From the human T2T-CHM13v2.0 reference genome, Homo sapiens, in the NCBI RefSeq assembly GCF_009914755.1, contig NC_060934.1: 64,000 nt of DNA; one strand, written 5' to 3'. How positions within the stretch are numbered: the stretch's first letter is position 1; each line of letters starts with the position of its first letter. The position numbers and the translations under genes are program-made. The notes under the pieces are model-generated. The model had not been told where the DNA came from, did no database searches, and was given only the letters and a program-made list of their open reading frames with translations. Shown in pieces: positions 30,946 to 49,940 of this stretch.

Positions 30946-32525
30946 ATAACAGTGATAAGTTATTTAACTCCTGGGCCTCAGTTTACCCATCTGTAAAATG
31001 GCATAATAGTCCGACTTCGTAAAATCTAGTGAAGATTAACATAGTTAACATAGGTGATGCATTTTGATCAGTTCCTGGCCGTCGTGCTACATAAACGTTT
31101 GCTGTTGTCATTCGTGTGCTCTGTACCAGCCAGTGTGCTTAATGCTTCCCGGATATTTCCTCATTTGATCCTCTTAGCCTGATAAGAGAGGAACGATTAC
31201 TAATCCATATTTTTCTAGTGAGAAAACTGAAAATAATTACTATTTTTATGCAGGAAAACTGAGGTGTAGTTTAAGTGGCTTGTCCGAGGTCACACAGCAA
31301 GTGGTGCAACCAGGATTTGAACCCAGGCTCTGAGATTTCACTCATGCAACACACATATATTTAGAGGCTCTGTGGCAGTGCTGGACCCCAGTGTTAACTG
31401 CAGAGAACAAGACAGGCAAGGCCTTTTCCCTTAGGAAGCTTCCATTTTAGTGGAGACAAGTAAATAAATAAGATCCTCTACAATGTGAAAAGTAGAGTGC
31501 ATACAATGCAACAAGGTCATTGCAAGTGGGGGGAAGGCACCGTGTTAGATGGGGTTCAGAGCTAACCACTGTGCTATGCCATTCTCCTGACCTCCTCTAG
31601 TCCCCCTCAGAGTTACAGAAAAGGAAACAGAGACAGGGATCAGAGTGGGGAATCTGCTGGCCCAAGGTCGCAGAGCCAGCAAGTACTGGTCTGGAACTTG
31701 CTCCCTCCATGCCCAGCTTCCCACATCCCTGAAGATAAGACACTCGCCCTTTGGGCTGAGCACAACTGATTTTTGTTAGCTGCCCTTGCAAGCATCTTCA
31801 GCCAGAGCACATTCTCAGTGAACAGGCTGTGGGTGGCAGGGTAAAGACTGGCCTTGATAACTGCACAGACTGATCGGAAACTCATCAGCAAAGATTCTTA
31901 GATGTCAGGGAACGGTGACAAGTCTTTGGTGACCACCTGGTGTCCTCTGCTGTGTATTAAAAAAAAAAAAAAAAGAAGAGTCCTAGCCATCTGGAAGCTT
32001 ACTCTATAAATGAGAAAACACTGGGGAACTACTCAACCTAGGGAGCCCCCAGCCCACGGCCTTCCCCTATCTGCACCTCATCCTGCAGCTTTTCAAAGAA
32101 CACTTCCCCGGCTCTCCTATTTATTTACTCCACAATCTGTGTAAGACAGCTCTCTCTGGGCTATAAAGTAATAAAACAGCTAGTATTTATTGAGCACGTC
32201 TAGGCTGCTATGCACCGTACTATACTTGTGCTAAGAGCTTTACATGCGTTAACTCACATCCACCACACGACCCCAGGTGGGAATAGTGTCGTTATCCTGA
32301 GGTTATCCACAGAGGTGTATAACAAAGGGTAGAGAGACTAGTTACTTACCCAGCAAATTCAGGGCAACACCATTTTAGAATAGCCAAAAAAAAAAAAATC
32401 AAAACAATCCAAATATCCAATTTGAGTGCATTGGTTAATAATAGTACAACCATATGACAGAATATCATATATTAATAGCTACAAAAAACGAAGAGGTTTA
32501 TTGACACATAAAGATGCTCATAATA

Positions 32526-33977
<1,452 letters not shown>

Positions 33978-34136
33978 TAATCGTGTCAGTTCATCCTATC
34001 TCCAGTCATTCATAGATTCATCTGGGCAGCAGGCCCTGAGCTAGGTGCTGGCTACAAGGTGGTGAGAGAGATACTTGCTCCCTACTTCCCAAAGGTGAGC
34101 CCTAGGGAATCAGAGGCCCAGGGAGGTTCGTTTGGG

Positions 34137-34291
34137 CAGGGCCAGCCCTGTGTGGATGCAACCTGTGCTGAGGAGGGCCCCACACTTGATTACATGCTCT
34201 GCTGTCACCATCTTGAAATTCTTCATTTTTGAACAAAGGGCCCTGCCTTTAATTTTTGAACTGAGCCCTGTAAATTATGTAACTTGTCCTG
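34137..34291. mobile_element. MER53-like hAT element
   Basis: CAGGGCCAGC...ATGCTCTGCTGTCACCATCTTGAAATTCTT...TTTGAACAAAGGGCCCTGC...GTAAATTATGTAACTTGTCCTG. Confidence 0.75.
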
Positions 34292-35744
34292 GGGAGGGTG
34301 AACCTTGAGGCCTTGTCAGTGCATCAGTGACTGACCCTTGAGTAAAACAGTAAAACTTCCTGTTCTCCAGTCTCAGTCTCCACCGTTTCTCTTAAACCTG
34401 GGTCCACAGGGAAACGGGAGGACTCCTGCCTTCCAGCCCTACAGTGCTTCATTTCTTCCTTTCTCATGGAACTTGCCATATTTGGCATAAACTCCTGTAT
34501 ATTTGTGTGTAGTCTTATCCCTCATTTCCTCTCCCCAGCAGATTGTAAATTCCATGAGGTCGTGCCTTGTGTCTGCTCATCTCAAACAGTGCTTAGTCCT
34601 GTGTTTTACACGCTGTTTAAAATGTGCTTAAGTTTAATTTAATCTTATTAGTAACTCCTCGTTTTCTCTTCATGTGTATCAGATTATTCCCAGCAGTCCT
34701 TCCGCTGTTGGAGAGAATTTAAAATATCAGGCGGAGAGTCATGCACACAAACCAGGATCATAAACATGCTGTGGGACGCATCCCCAAGCATGTCATAAGT
34801 GTGAGGAATTAGGAAAGGAGGGAGCAGGATTTTTCAGAGGACAGCCCAGAGTCGTCAGCCTTTACTTCATCTTCAGAGCCACACAGATTGGGAGAGAGGG
34901 AAATAAACTAGAGGCCCTGGAGCTGGCAGTAGCATAACAGTTAAGGCTGCGGGCTCCAGAGACACCTGGCAGAATCCTAGCTCCAGTGCCTAGTGTGCAG
35001 ACTTCTCTCATCTGTAACCTGGAGAAAACACAACCCTCCATAGGTTTACTTGCAAGCTGAAGATGAGATCGTGCATGGATAGTGCCTACACACTGCCTGA
35101 CACACATAAGCATCAATAAGTGAATATTATTTTAACATTACTAGGAGGCAGTGTTGAGAAAGACACCTTCTTAGAACACGTTGGTTTTGGTAAGTTGTTT
35201 TCCCAGTTACCTGAAATATTGACCATAGTCATTTTCAGAGATGCCGTGCTGGAGAATGCCAGGAGAAAAGAAGAAAACCAAATGAGAGAAAGAGAGTTAT
35301 GAATCAAAGAGTTTTGCTGCTGTATCACCAAACACCCCTTGATGATTTTTGTCTAATGCCTTCTGTAGCATCTTACAGAAAGCGAAGCAAGTAGTGGAAA
35401 GAGCAAAACTCCTTAATAACTGATTGTCTTGTTTCTTACTGATTAATTACTGAGAAAAAAGTAAATCTACAAACGCGTGCCTCAGGGCACGGAACTGATT
35501 TGAAGATGATGGAACGCCCGAGCCAAGAATTCCACATTCCTTAGAGGTCAATGCTGGTGGACAATGCTTTAGGGAAGTTTGGTGAAATGGTGGAGGTTGA
35601 TCAAGAGAAGTCTATGGGGCCAGGTAGAAACCCAGAGGAGTAGGAGGGATTGCTGTGCTTGGGAAGCAGGGATAGGATGAGTATGAGTAACCCCAGGACT
35701 CTGGTCACAGGGCCTCTGTTTATCAATCTATAAACACTGGCTCT

Positions 35745-36681
<937 letters not shown>

Positions 36682-36932
36682 GAAGAAAAGAGGGAGGGAG
36701 GGAGAGAGGGAGGGAGGGAGGGAAGAAGGATGGCAGGCAGGCAGGCAGGCAAGCAAAATCCTGTAAAAAAGAAGAAGAAAAGAAGGAAGGAAGGGAGGGA
36801 GGGGATGGGAGGGGAGGAGAAAAGAGGGGAGGGGAGAGGAGAGGGGAGGGGGGAGCAGAGGGGAGGGGACAAGAAGGGAGGAGAGGGGAGGGGAGGAAGG
36901 AAGGAAGGAAAGAGGGAAGGGGAAAGAAGGAA
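36682..36932 (+). repeat. Polypurine low-complexity tract (GGGA/GGAA/GGCA)n
   Basis: About 250 bp almost entirely purine on the + strand, growing from an Alu tail. Confidence 0.92.
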
Positions 36933-38671
36933 GTTGACCTCAATGGACCTTTGAGAGAAATTACAAGTACAGAATACACTTCTGTCAACTTCTACTGTGT
37001 CAATGGAAGGTTGGGGTTTGGGAGAGGGTAACACAAGGTGCCAATCTGAAGGCAGCTGCTGAGAGATCAGTTTTTTTTTCTGACTGGGGCAGGGGATTTA
37101 TTGGTTAGAACATGCTGAGTTTACCTTAGAAGGCTTCCTACTCTAAAGTAATTACATTAATGAAGTGTTTACTTGAGAAAACCATTTTTAGGTTGGAGGA
37201 TACAGCTGATAACTCTAAGAGAGGCATTGTGATTGAGACTGAAGAGATGAGGAGAGGTGCCAGGAAAGAGGAATAAGGAGAGAGAGAGGAGGAAGAAGAA
37301 GGTGGCACAGGGAAATTGGGAGAGAGCCAGAGAAAGTGAGATCATCTTGATGGACTGAGAGAAAAAAACTGCAGCTTCAGAAACAGAGCAACTAGGCTCA
37401 CTAATATAACCCTAACAAGGTTAAAAAATCAACGACAATGGTGTTAACAGAATAACTGATGTTCTGGAAGCTGCTGGAAGCTTGTCAGAGGTGATTGGAA
37501 CAGTTCACTGAGGGAACTCATTACACAGGACCAAATCAAGTCACAGGGGTGCCCTGGGAAGGCTAATTCCACTTCTTCAGCGTTTCTCAAGTGGAGATGC
37601 AGAGTGCTGGGGGGAGTGGAGGAGGGCAGAAGTGAAGGTGGCTGGACTGCGCATTGGGTATCAACCCCTTCTCCATTACCTCAGCAAGTCTGTCCTGTCC
37701 CCGAACTTGCTTTGCCTGCCCCCTCTCAGCAAAGCCTAAACCTTGAGTTACCTCGACCCACTTTCTTGAAGGGCAGTTTAGTAACCATCTCTGGTCACCT
37801 GGCCATGCCCCATAGGGATCTTACCACCTGCTCACCCAACTGTCTGAACCAAGTGGTTCATTCAAGTGTACATAGGCTGTCTCTCAGAGGAGGCCTGGGA
37901 AAGTCCTCTGTTTCCAGGGATGTTTGGAACCCTCTTTAAATGGACAAATCTAAGCCATGCTTGCATGACCTACCTGTTTCTGTGGCTCAGTTTGTAAAAA
38001 ATAGATATTCTGAAAGAACCATGTCCTACAGCCAAAGGGAGTGAGGGCAACTGGACTTTGTAGATGGGAGAATGGGACAGACATACCTATCTCCTCCCTT
38101 AGGCCAAAAGAACCAAGGACTTCTTCATTTGATCTTGAAGGAGAAGTAGAGCAGAAACAGAGAGCATGCTAGAACCAGGTTTCCAGAACCTGTTGCAGCC
38201 CAAGCTGCCTCCTCCAGAGAAGAAGTGTTATTCACAGTGAATCCTCCAACAGGAGCAAAGTAAGGACTCCCAAGGGGTCAGTGGCAGCCCCTTTACTTGG
38301 GCTTGGTGTGGCCTCTATTGACAAGGCTCAATACGTTAAACAACGTGGTTCCCCCAGTTGGTATACAAACCATAGGCTGCTGGGTAGATGGGGCCTACTT
38401 TTTGATTCCAGAGGATGTTATACCCGGACTAGGGCTGTTAACTCCCAAATAGTTCTCAGAGGGTGGGGAGCAGCCAGACAGGTGGCCCTGGGATTGTAGA
38501 AAGAGAACTCTCAAACTGTTCAGTTAACCAACATCATGGGCCTATTGTGTTCCAGGTCTCAGTGTTGGAGAACCAGAAAATAAGGACCCTATCCTGAAGA
38601 CACAATTGAGTGAAAAGACCAACAAATATACAGTCAATCACAAGACAATGTGATAAACAGACTCTTCTCTT

Positions 38672-39765
38672 TCTTTGAGATACAATTCACATACATGAAA
38701 TTTATCTTTTTAAAGTGTATAATCCAGCAGTTTTTAGTATAGTCATAAGATTGTGCAACCATCACCACAATGAAATTCTAGAGTATTTCATCACCACATG
38801 CACAAAAAGTTATATCTATTAGCAGTCACTCCCCATTTTCCTTCTCCCCTAATCCCTGGTGATAACTAATGTACTTTCCATCTCTATAGATTTGCCTATT
38901 CTGGACATCTCATATAAATGGAACCATACTATATGTGGCCTTTTGCATCTGGCCTCATTCATTTAGCATAATGTTTTCAAGGTTCATCCTTGTTGTAGCA
39001 TGTATCAGCATTTTGCCCCTTTTTATGGCTGAATAATATTCCATTGTACATATATACCACAATTTATTTATCCGTTCCTCAGCTGATAGACATTTGGGGT
39101 TGTTTCTACTTTTTGGCTGCTATGAATAATGCTGCTATGAACATTTATGTACAAGTTTTTGTATGAACATATGTTTTCAAGTTTCTTGTGAGTATACCTA
39201 GGAGTAGAGTTGTTGGCTCATATGCGAACTCTATGTTTAAGTTTTGGAAGAACTGCCAGACTGTTTTCCAAAGCAGCTGCACCATTTTACATTCACGCCA
39301 GCAATGTATGAGTTGCAATTTCTCCAAATCCCCACCAATACTTGTTATTGTGTGTAATTTTTATTATAGTCATCTCAGCAGGTATAAAGTGGTATCTCAT
39401 TCTGGTTGGTTTGTATCTTTTTTATTTTTCTTTTATTTTTATTAGAGACAGGGTCTCTCTATGCTGCCTAGGTTGGAGTGCAATAGCTATTCACAGATGT
39501 AATCATAGCACATTGCAATCTCAAACTCCTGGCCTCAAGTGATCCTCCCGCCTCAGCCTTCGGAGTAGTTGGGACTACAAGCACTCACCACCCTGCCTGG
39601 CTTCTTATTGTGGTTTTGATTTGCATTTCTCTAATGATCAATGTTGTTGAGCATCTTTTCATATACTTATTGGCCACTTGTATATCTTCTCTGAAGATAT
39701 GTCCATTCAAATCTTTTGCCTTTTTAGCTGGATTATTCGTCTTTTGACTGTTGAGTTGTATGAGT
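38672..39765 (-). mobile_element. L1MB-type 3' end interrupted by a FAM monomer (39420-39601)
   Basis: TTGAGATACAATTCACATAC...TTGTGCAACCATCACCAC...TTTCCAAAGCAGCTGCACCATTTTACATTC. The FAM keeps the 7SL-like GCTATTCACAG segment. Confidence 0.88.
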
Positions 39766-40562
39766 CTCAGTGGAGAGCATTTATCCAAGAATGAGGGTAG
39801 AAATGATGAATAAAGGGGTGGTTGCTTAGGGAAGCCTTCCTTCCTGGAGGAGATAATATCTGAGCCAAAACTAGAAGGATAATTAGGAAGAAGTAAAACA
39901 ATCATTCCTGTATTCTACAAATATTTACTGAATTTCTCCTCTACCGGGCACTGAGGCTAGTACAAATTGATTCAGTCTTCACTCTCAAGGAAAGGATCTG
40001 TGATGGGTCAATGATTTCACATTCCCCACAGGTTCTACAGGACCCCAGCATGGCCTCACCCTGCATCTTCTCTGTTAGGCTGGGCCTTGGATCTCAAACC
40101 TCAGTTTGCTGGCCATCCTTGGGTTTCACCTGATGACCCCATAGGGGAAAGTGGGTGGACATTTATCCCCAGTGGTTGTGGTGGAGCTAGCTGACTGATT
40201 AGGCCTGTCAGACTTAGCTCCTTGCCTGGGACCCAGTTTCAGCAGGACACTCCTTATCTAGGATCAGACTTGGTGTTTCCTGATTCCTTCCCCACTTTTC
40301 TGAGCCAAACCATCTATTCTAATCAGGCCTCTGAAGAAGCAAGTGGGCTTCTGAACACACAGGGCATCCACAGAGGCTTTACCCATCCAAGCAACATTAT
40401 GACAGCAGAAAAGGCCTCTTTATTATAGAATAGGCAACTCCAATATTTTACAATTTTTTTAAGTAGGTTATACAACAGCATGAATCACATGATCTTATTT
40501 TTTAAATAATTCTGCATGGAAAGAAATTTGGCAAGCATAAATGAAATTTAATAGAGATGAGG

Positions 40563-41199
<637 letters not shown>

Positions 41200-43009
41200 T
41201 CATCAGTACTTTTTAAATTTTTTGCAATGATCATATCTTGCTAGTATAACATTTAAGGAAAAATAAACTTAGTGGCACAAAAATGATAGGATTTTAAAAA
41301 TATTACTCTATATGTGTTATAAATGTGAATTAATTGTATAATACTTTTGTGATTTGCTCTTTTACAAAGTTCATAATCATATTATTTGCTAATCACATTG
41401 CCTAATACAGAAAATGGTTTAGAAACAGAGGTTAGTGTTGTTTACAAAACAGAAAATCTTTGCTTCTTGCACATATTGGCTGCCCAGACCTCCCAGTCTT
41501 AGCCATCAAATCTTGGCATTTACCAGCCTCTGGAAGCATAAAACCCTGAGTGAGGGAGTTCTCCTGGCCTGGTCTACAGAAGCTTAGACAAGAATTGCCA
41601 CAGAAGCATCAAAACAATAGAATGTGATGTCGTGGGCATCCCAGGGGGAAATAATGCTAGATTGAAATGAATTTTTGCATCACTGATTTTCCCTGCTGAT
41701 TGAGCCCTGTTTATCTCATTTGGCAGATCAGCCTCAAAGTGCATGAACTATTTGTGCCTCATTAGTTTCCAATAGATTGATTTTGCTAGGATTGCGAATT
41801 GGCCATCTTGAATTGCAGCCTGCAGAAGCCGGCTCTGGCTCAGCCTCAGGGGGACAGACACTCGGAACAACAGCCGCCACTGCAGCCACCACCACTGAAA
41901 AAGAAACCGGAGAGCTGTTCTAAGGCTACAAGGACAATAGTACCTTAAATCTTCTCTGGAACCAGACAGCATAAAATACGGACTTCTAAGAAAGCAAACA
42001 AGGGTCATCTCTGCTTTCTTTTCTTTCTCTCTCTCACGTATTCTCCTTGGCAACTGTCTCATCTTTCCCTCAATCCCTCCCTCCCTCCCTCCCTCTCTCT
42101 CTCATCTTAGCCCCTTCTTCAAATGTTAAAAAAAATAAAAACAGTTTTAAGAGAAAAACATAAACAACTTGAAGACTAGTTTATAAAACAGTGAATGCTG
42201 AACTACTTACAATATAGTGATTAGAAAGAAAAGCAGAATATAAAACCAAACATACAGTACAATGACATTGCTTTACAAAAAATATACATAGAAAAAAGGA
42301 TTAAATTTTAAAAAGCATGCCAAATGTAGACAGCAGTAACTTTGGCTGGTGGGGATATGGATGATTATCGTTTTTTTCTTTAAACTTTTCTGCACTCAAA
42401 ACTGTCTAAAATTATTAACAGCACACTTATCCTCAGAAAATTTTAATAAAAATACATAAAGTAATAAAATGGCACATATGTAATCAACTTAAAAAGCCCC
42501 CCCCCCTTTTTTTTCATTCAGTAAGGTGTATTAGCCTCTATAGGATATTTGCTGGCTTGGTAATTAAAATGTTAAGGGTAAATCCAGCTTTAGGCAAAAT
42601 CTGATCCAGCAATCCAAGAGCCATTGTCAGAGCTCTCTCTTTTCAGTTCTGACTGCCTTTCTTTGGGTGTTGGCCCTATCCTCTCCTACTGCAATCCAGG
42701 ATACCTCCACCTTTTTCCACTTGAAGGCGAACTTGGTGGTCCCAGATTCATACTTTTCCACTTCTGGGAACCCAGAGGTGAGATGTCTTTCCCCACTAGC
42801 TTCAATGAGACAAATACTGGGAAAAGACCAGGGTTGGATGAGTTGGGATCATGGACCATGATGAGTCATCCCTGGAATAATCAATGTGACAAGGGGATTG
42901 GGTACTATGAATGTCTGGTCCAGGTCACACGTCACGGTGGGAAATGGACATGGAGGAGGGGATGGATAAAGCACAAAAGCACCCAAACAAAAATGTCCCT
43001 AAGACAGCA

Positions 43010-44030
43010 CAGTCTCCCCTGCAAGGATTGTATGATCTAGTTAGAAAACTAAGACAAGCATAGAAAAGGGTAAAACAAAAACAAGGAATAAACAATAAGT
43101 TTATTTAAACATGGCACAAGGCAGAACATGATTAATTTTCCAACAATAGCATAGACAGTAAGTCCTAGGCCAAGAATTCAGGGGTGGGATAACCTGAGCA
43201 AACTTGGTGGAAGGGAAGGAATGTAAGCTGGGTTCTGAAAGATGGGAAGGTTTGGAGAACAGATGGAAATGGCAACATCAGTTCAAACTAAGAGAATGGC
43301 CTGAGCGTAGCCACGGAGATGGTCAAGTGAAAGATGTGTGAGAATAGAAACAGGGTCAGGAATGTGAGTAATTTTAGTCACACGCTAGAGATATTAATTG
43401 GGGCTGGAGTGCAGTGGCTTTGAAAGCTAAGCTCATGACTTTGAATTTATGTGGTAGCCGGTGAGGAGTCACCAAGGTTTTTAAACAGGGAACTGGTGAG
43501 ATGCAGGTCATACATAAGGACAACCTGCCTCGTGGCAGGAGCAGGAGGAACTGGAGCTGAGAAAGATCAGAGGCAGAACAACCAGTTGAGAGGTTGCTGC
43601 AATGGTCCATGTGTGAAGTAATAAGGGCTGGAATGAGGGAGGTGACGATGAGGAATGGAAAGGAAGAGACATTTCATTCATCAACTCATTCATTCATCCA
43701 ACAAGCATTTGTTAATCACTGACAACCAGGAACTCTACTAGATCAGCCACTAAGTTCATCAAGGAAGGTGTGGCACGGCTTGCCTTCTGCTGGAATACCA
43801 GGTCCTAGCTGAAGGTGACCAAAGACCATGGTGTTGCTGTTAAGAGAAATAGCAAAGTCAGGAGAAAGAACTAGTTTGGGCATCTAAGAACAAATAATTC
43901 CGAATCTAGTTTGATGGTACAGCAGGGCAGGCAGATGGAACTATCCAGCAGGCAGGAGAAAATGTAGGACTTGACCTGGAGAGGGAGATCAAGACAGAAG
44001 GTTGAGATGTGGATACCTCTGTGCACAGGG
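43010..44030 (-). mobile_element. Degraded L2 fragments
   Basis: GATCAGAGGCAGAACAACCAGTTGAGAGGTTGCTGCAATGGTCCATGTGTGAAG and CATTCATTCATCCAACAAGCATTT are typical antisense L2. Confidence 0.65.
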
Positions 44031-44789
44031 GAGCGTCACCTCCACAGGAGCACTGTGACTTAGGAAGGTCTGAGCCAGCCTGACTGAGCTTTATGCCGAG
44101 CTCAGAGCAGGGACAAAAATGGAGATCTCTTTGCCTGTCCGCTCTACGTTAGGTGCAATATAAACCTGATACGAACTTCTGCCTCTTTCCTGTGATTCCT
44201 GACACGATGGCCCCATCAGCATCACACATGTTGAGATGATTTTTCAGAAGCTGATTACTTAAAACCTCTAATCCAACTCCCGTTTCACCTCTGGATTGAA
44301 AAGTGCTCTTCTCCCTCTGTCCCAGCTAGAAAAGGGTGTGCTGCAACCAGATGGTAAACTGTGGACAGAAATAAACCCTGTTCACATGTAGCAAGAATAT
44401 TTATATCCAATCCCATAATATCACTGCAGGCATAATTATAGCCAATCCTGCAATTGTGCTGCGGGTATCAGGCATCAGAAAAACCAACCCAAAGTGCCAC
44501 AGAGAGACCAGGGAGATATGGGAACTGTAGAGGCAGCTGCTGCCCCTGAGAGACCCCTGGGCAGAAGTAGGGTGGGGCTATTTAGAGATTATGGAGGGGC
44601 TCTGCCAATGGTGGTGAAGAGGGACGTGATAATTTCACAGATTACATAGCTCAAACTCCAGTTTCAGTAGTACTGCATGCTTTTATTTGTAACTTTTAAG
44701 AAATTATAAAATCAATGCTTATTCATTGTACAAGGTTTAGGAAATATGGGAAAGTGTCTATAATCCCACAATCCAAAAATAGCATTGTT

Positions 44790-46827
<2,038 letters not shown>

Positions 46828-46949
46828 TGCTATTTCTTTTAAAAGGATTTAAAACAAATATAGCAAAACCTTAAAATGTATTAAATCTGTGATGAATAAA
46901 TGTGTTCTTTATAGTCTGTATTTTTCTGCATGTTTGAAATATAGACATC

Positions 46950-47395
46950 ATTATTTTTTAAATTAGTAGTATTCATTTTTTAGAGAAGTTTTAGGTTTAC
47001 AGAAAAGTTGAGCAGAAAGTACAGGGAGTTTCTTCTTAAATTCCCACCTCACAGTTTCCTCTATTATTACCATCTTGCATTACTGTGGGTCATTTGTTAC
47101 AACCGATGAGCCAATACTGATACCTTATTATTAGCTAAAGTCCACAGTTTTCATTAGGATTCACTCTTTGTATTATGCATTCTATGGATTTTGACAAATG
47201 TATAATGACATAGATCCACTATAAGAGTGTCATACAGAGTAGTTTCACTGCCCTAAAAATCCTCCGTGTGCCACCTATTCATCCCTCCTTCCACCCAAAC
47301 ACCTGGAAACCACTGATCTTTCCACTTTCTCCAGTTTTGCCTTTTCCAGAATGTCACATACTTGGAATCACACAGTGTGTCTTTTCAGATAGGCT
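46950..47395 (-). mobile_element. L1MC-type 3' end
   Basis: TTTTAGGTTTACAGAAAAGTTGAGCAGAAAGTACAG...ATACAGAGTAGTTTCACTGCCCTAAAAATCC. Confidence 0.8.
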
Positions 47396-49211
47396 CCTGA
47401 ATCATTTATTTTTTAAATCAAAAATTGAAAGCCAACCACAATGAAGAAAACAAAAATCATCAGAAACTTCACTATTTCAAGATAATCACTATTAACCATA
47501 CACACGATTTACTTTTTTCATGTAAATGGGATCATAGTGTGCAAAATATTATATTGCCTTTCTTTTCCACTTAACAACATAGTATGAAACTACGTAATTC
47601 AGGATTTTTCTTCTTTTTTTTTTTTTAAAGTCTACAAGAATGTTTCACGATGTGGATTAAATTAGTGAGCTAACCGATCCTTTACTTTCAGACTATTAGG
47701 CTTTCACCTGTGGCATGAAGTTTTCCTGGCTTTGAGGATCCCCTCTTAAACTAGAAAAGGCCCTTGAAGTCTCCAGAGAAGGGGGGATATAAGGCTACTG
47801 GAAATACCTTTCTAGATATGTGTCACCTGTATGACATGTTTGACATTAAGTGTGAGTTCTCGGCAGTCAAGGACATTGTCAACCACTTCTCCCCTCATTA
47901 CCAAACACATGAAGCAGGTATTGATGAACATGGTGGAATGGATCCAACTTGCCCTGCAATAATCACTTTGGAGTCACCTCTAAGGAAATTCTCAAGCCAC
48001 ACAGGGTGCTGACTCCTTAAGAGCTGGTACCGTACACTAGGAACTAAGAAAGACACCAGAGTGGTAAGAGGGTGCCCTGTTTTGTGGAGCAGAGCAAGAC
48101 AGATGCTATGAAGAACTGGGATGACAGACTGGGTGGGGACAGTGGGCAGTGGGTGTGTCTGCTCAGAGAATCTGGAGGGTGGGAAAGTGAGAGCCCAGCA
48201 CTACTGCCCTGAAGCCCAGTAGCCATGAGGGGCTGGAGTTTTATGTAGATGGAGGAAGTCCACAGGCTCCTCTGAGAGCATTTACTCTTTTTAGTCAGTT
48301 TATCACACTGGTTGAGAACTTGGGATCTAGTATGGGACTTCTGGTTCAAAACCCCACTCAATCACTCTCTGGCTATTTGGCTTTGGGCAAATGGCTAAGC
48401 CATGATGGCTCAACCCCAGAAGGGGGAATATAAAAGTTGTTGTGATGGTTAAGTGAGATTATATGTGCAAAGTACTTGGCACTTAGTGAGTGCTTGGTAA
48501 ATGCTAGCAATAATAATGATGATAGTGATAATAAAGCTTAGCACCTGTTCTTTTGAAAAGAAAAGTAGTCACTGAGAGCATAAGATAGCCAAGCCAAGAA
48601 GATCAGCATGAGTCTCACACTGACGCTCCCACCTAGAGAAAAGCCCAGCACATTTCACCAAGGCAGGCATGCCTGGATTCAAGTGGGTGGGGCACTGTAG
48701 GAGCAGAAAATAGGAACACCCCATTAGATAACTCAAAAGGAATTTGGGCAACTTTAATGATTTTTGCAAGCTATCTGCCAGCCTATATGTATGTCCTCTG
48801 TGTTCATGTTTGTTCTCATGTGTAACCACCTCTAGCTCCTACCTTTTTTTGGGTTGCTGAATCCAGACATTGCAGATGGATTTTCAAATGGATACATGGC
48901 CTTTGAAGTCACCTAGTTCTACTTCCCACCAATGAGGGGATTTCTGTGGAAAACACCTCTACATGTCCTCGTCTAATCTAGGGGATATCCTGGATTCCTC
49001 CCTTTCCTTCGGCCACTCCCAAGCAAACCTTGTTTCTATCTTCAAAAAAGATCTTAGATCTCTCCTCTCCTGCTAGCACCATTGGCACTCTCCTAGAGTA
49101 AGCCTCCTTCACCCCACACATAGGCAGCTAGTCCCTAATAGACTTACTGGCTATTCTTCCCCAGGAACCAGGGTACTTTCTAAAAATGTAAATCAGATCA
49201 TGACTCTCTCT

Positions 49212-49675
49212 CTATCCTAGGCTGGGTTCCCAGAAGCAGACCCTGACACAGAAATTCATGAGCAAGTGTTTTATTTAAAAAGAGCCCCAGGCAGAAACTG
49301 GTAAGAAAGTAGGGAAAGCTGGACAGGGAAGTGGAATACATCAGGCAAGGAAAAGTCTGGAAGCCTGGATTTCAGGCCCAGACCCAGCCTCAGCCTGATT
49401 CCTCAGGAAAACTGCAGAATAAATTGCAGCCAGAACTTGTTCCTCCTAAACATAATGGGGCTGGGCTTTCGTGCCTTCACCTGACTAGCTGAGTGCTTGG
49501 CTAAGGAGGCTTTCTGTGCATGTAAGCAAAGAGCTCTGGTAGCTGAAGGGCTACCCTTGGAACAAAGCTGTATGTGCCCAGCCCTTAAAAATAAAAGCAC
49601 ACAGAAGCTGGGGAACCAGTACATCAAAACTGCAAAAGCGATTCAAGAAAACCTCAGCAGAGCATCAACCAACAG
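49212..49675. mobile_element. Old ERVL-type LTR (LTR33/LTR16-like) within L2
   Basis: TCCTAGGCTGGGTTCCCAGAAGCAGACCCTGACACAGAAATTCATGAGCAAGTG. Confidence 0.55.
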
Positions 49676-49689
49676 GATCAACTCCAGTT

Positions 49690-49940
49690 CCCTCCCTTAT
49701 TTCTTATCTCAGACCCTTGTTCATTTCCTTTATAGAACACGTCATGGTTTACAAGTAATTTGTGTAATTATTTGTCTCTATCCTTGTTTGTCCCCACTAA
49801 AACCTCCAGGAAGGAGTGCTTGTCTTGTTGCCTTTTGTACCCCAGTCCCTAGAACAGAGATAACATATTGTGGATCTTCCACAAAAATTTGTAGGAATGA
49901 ATGAATGAATCAATGAATGAATGAATCAATGAATGAATGA
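49690..49940 (+). mobile_element. L2 3' end with (TGAA)n tail
   Basis: TTGTACCCCAGTCCCTAGAACAG...GAATGAATGAATGAATC. Confidence 0.7.
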
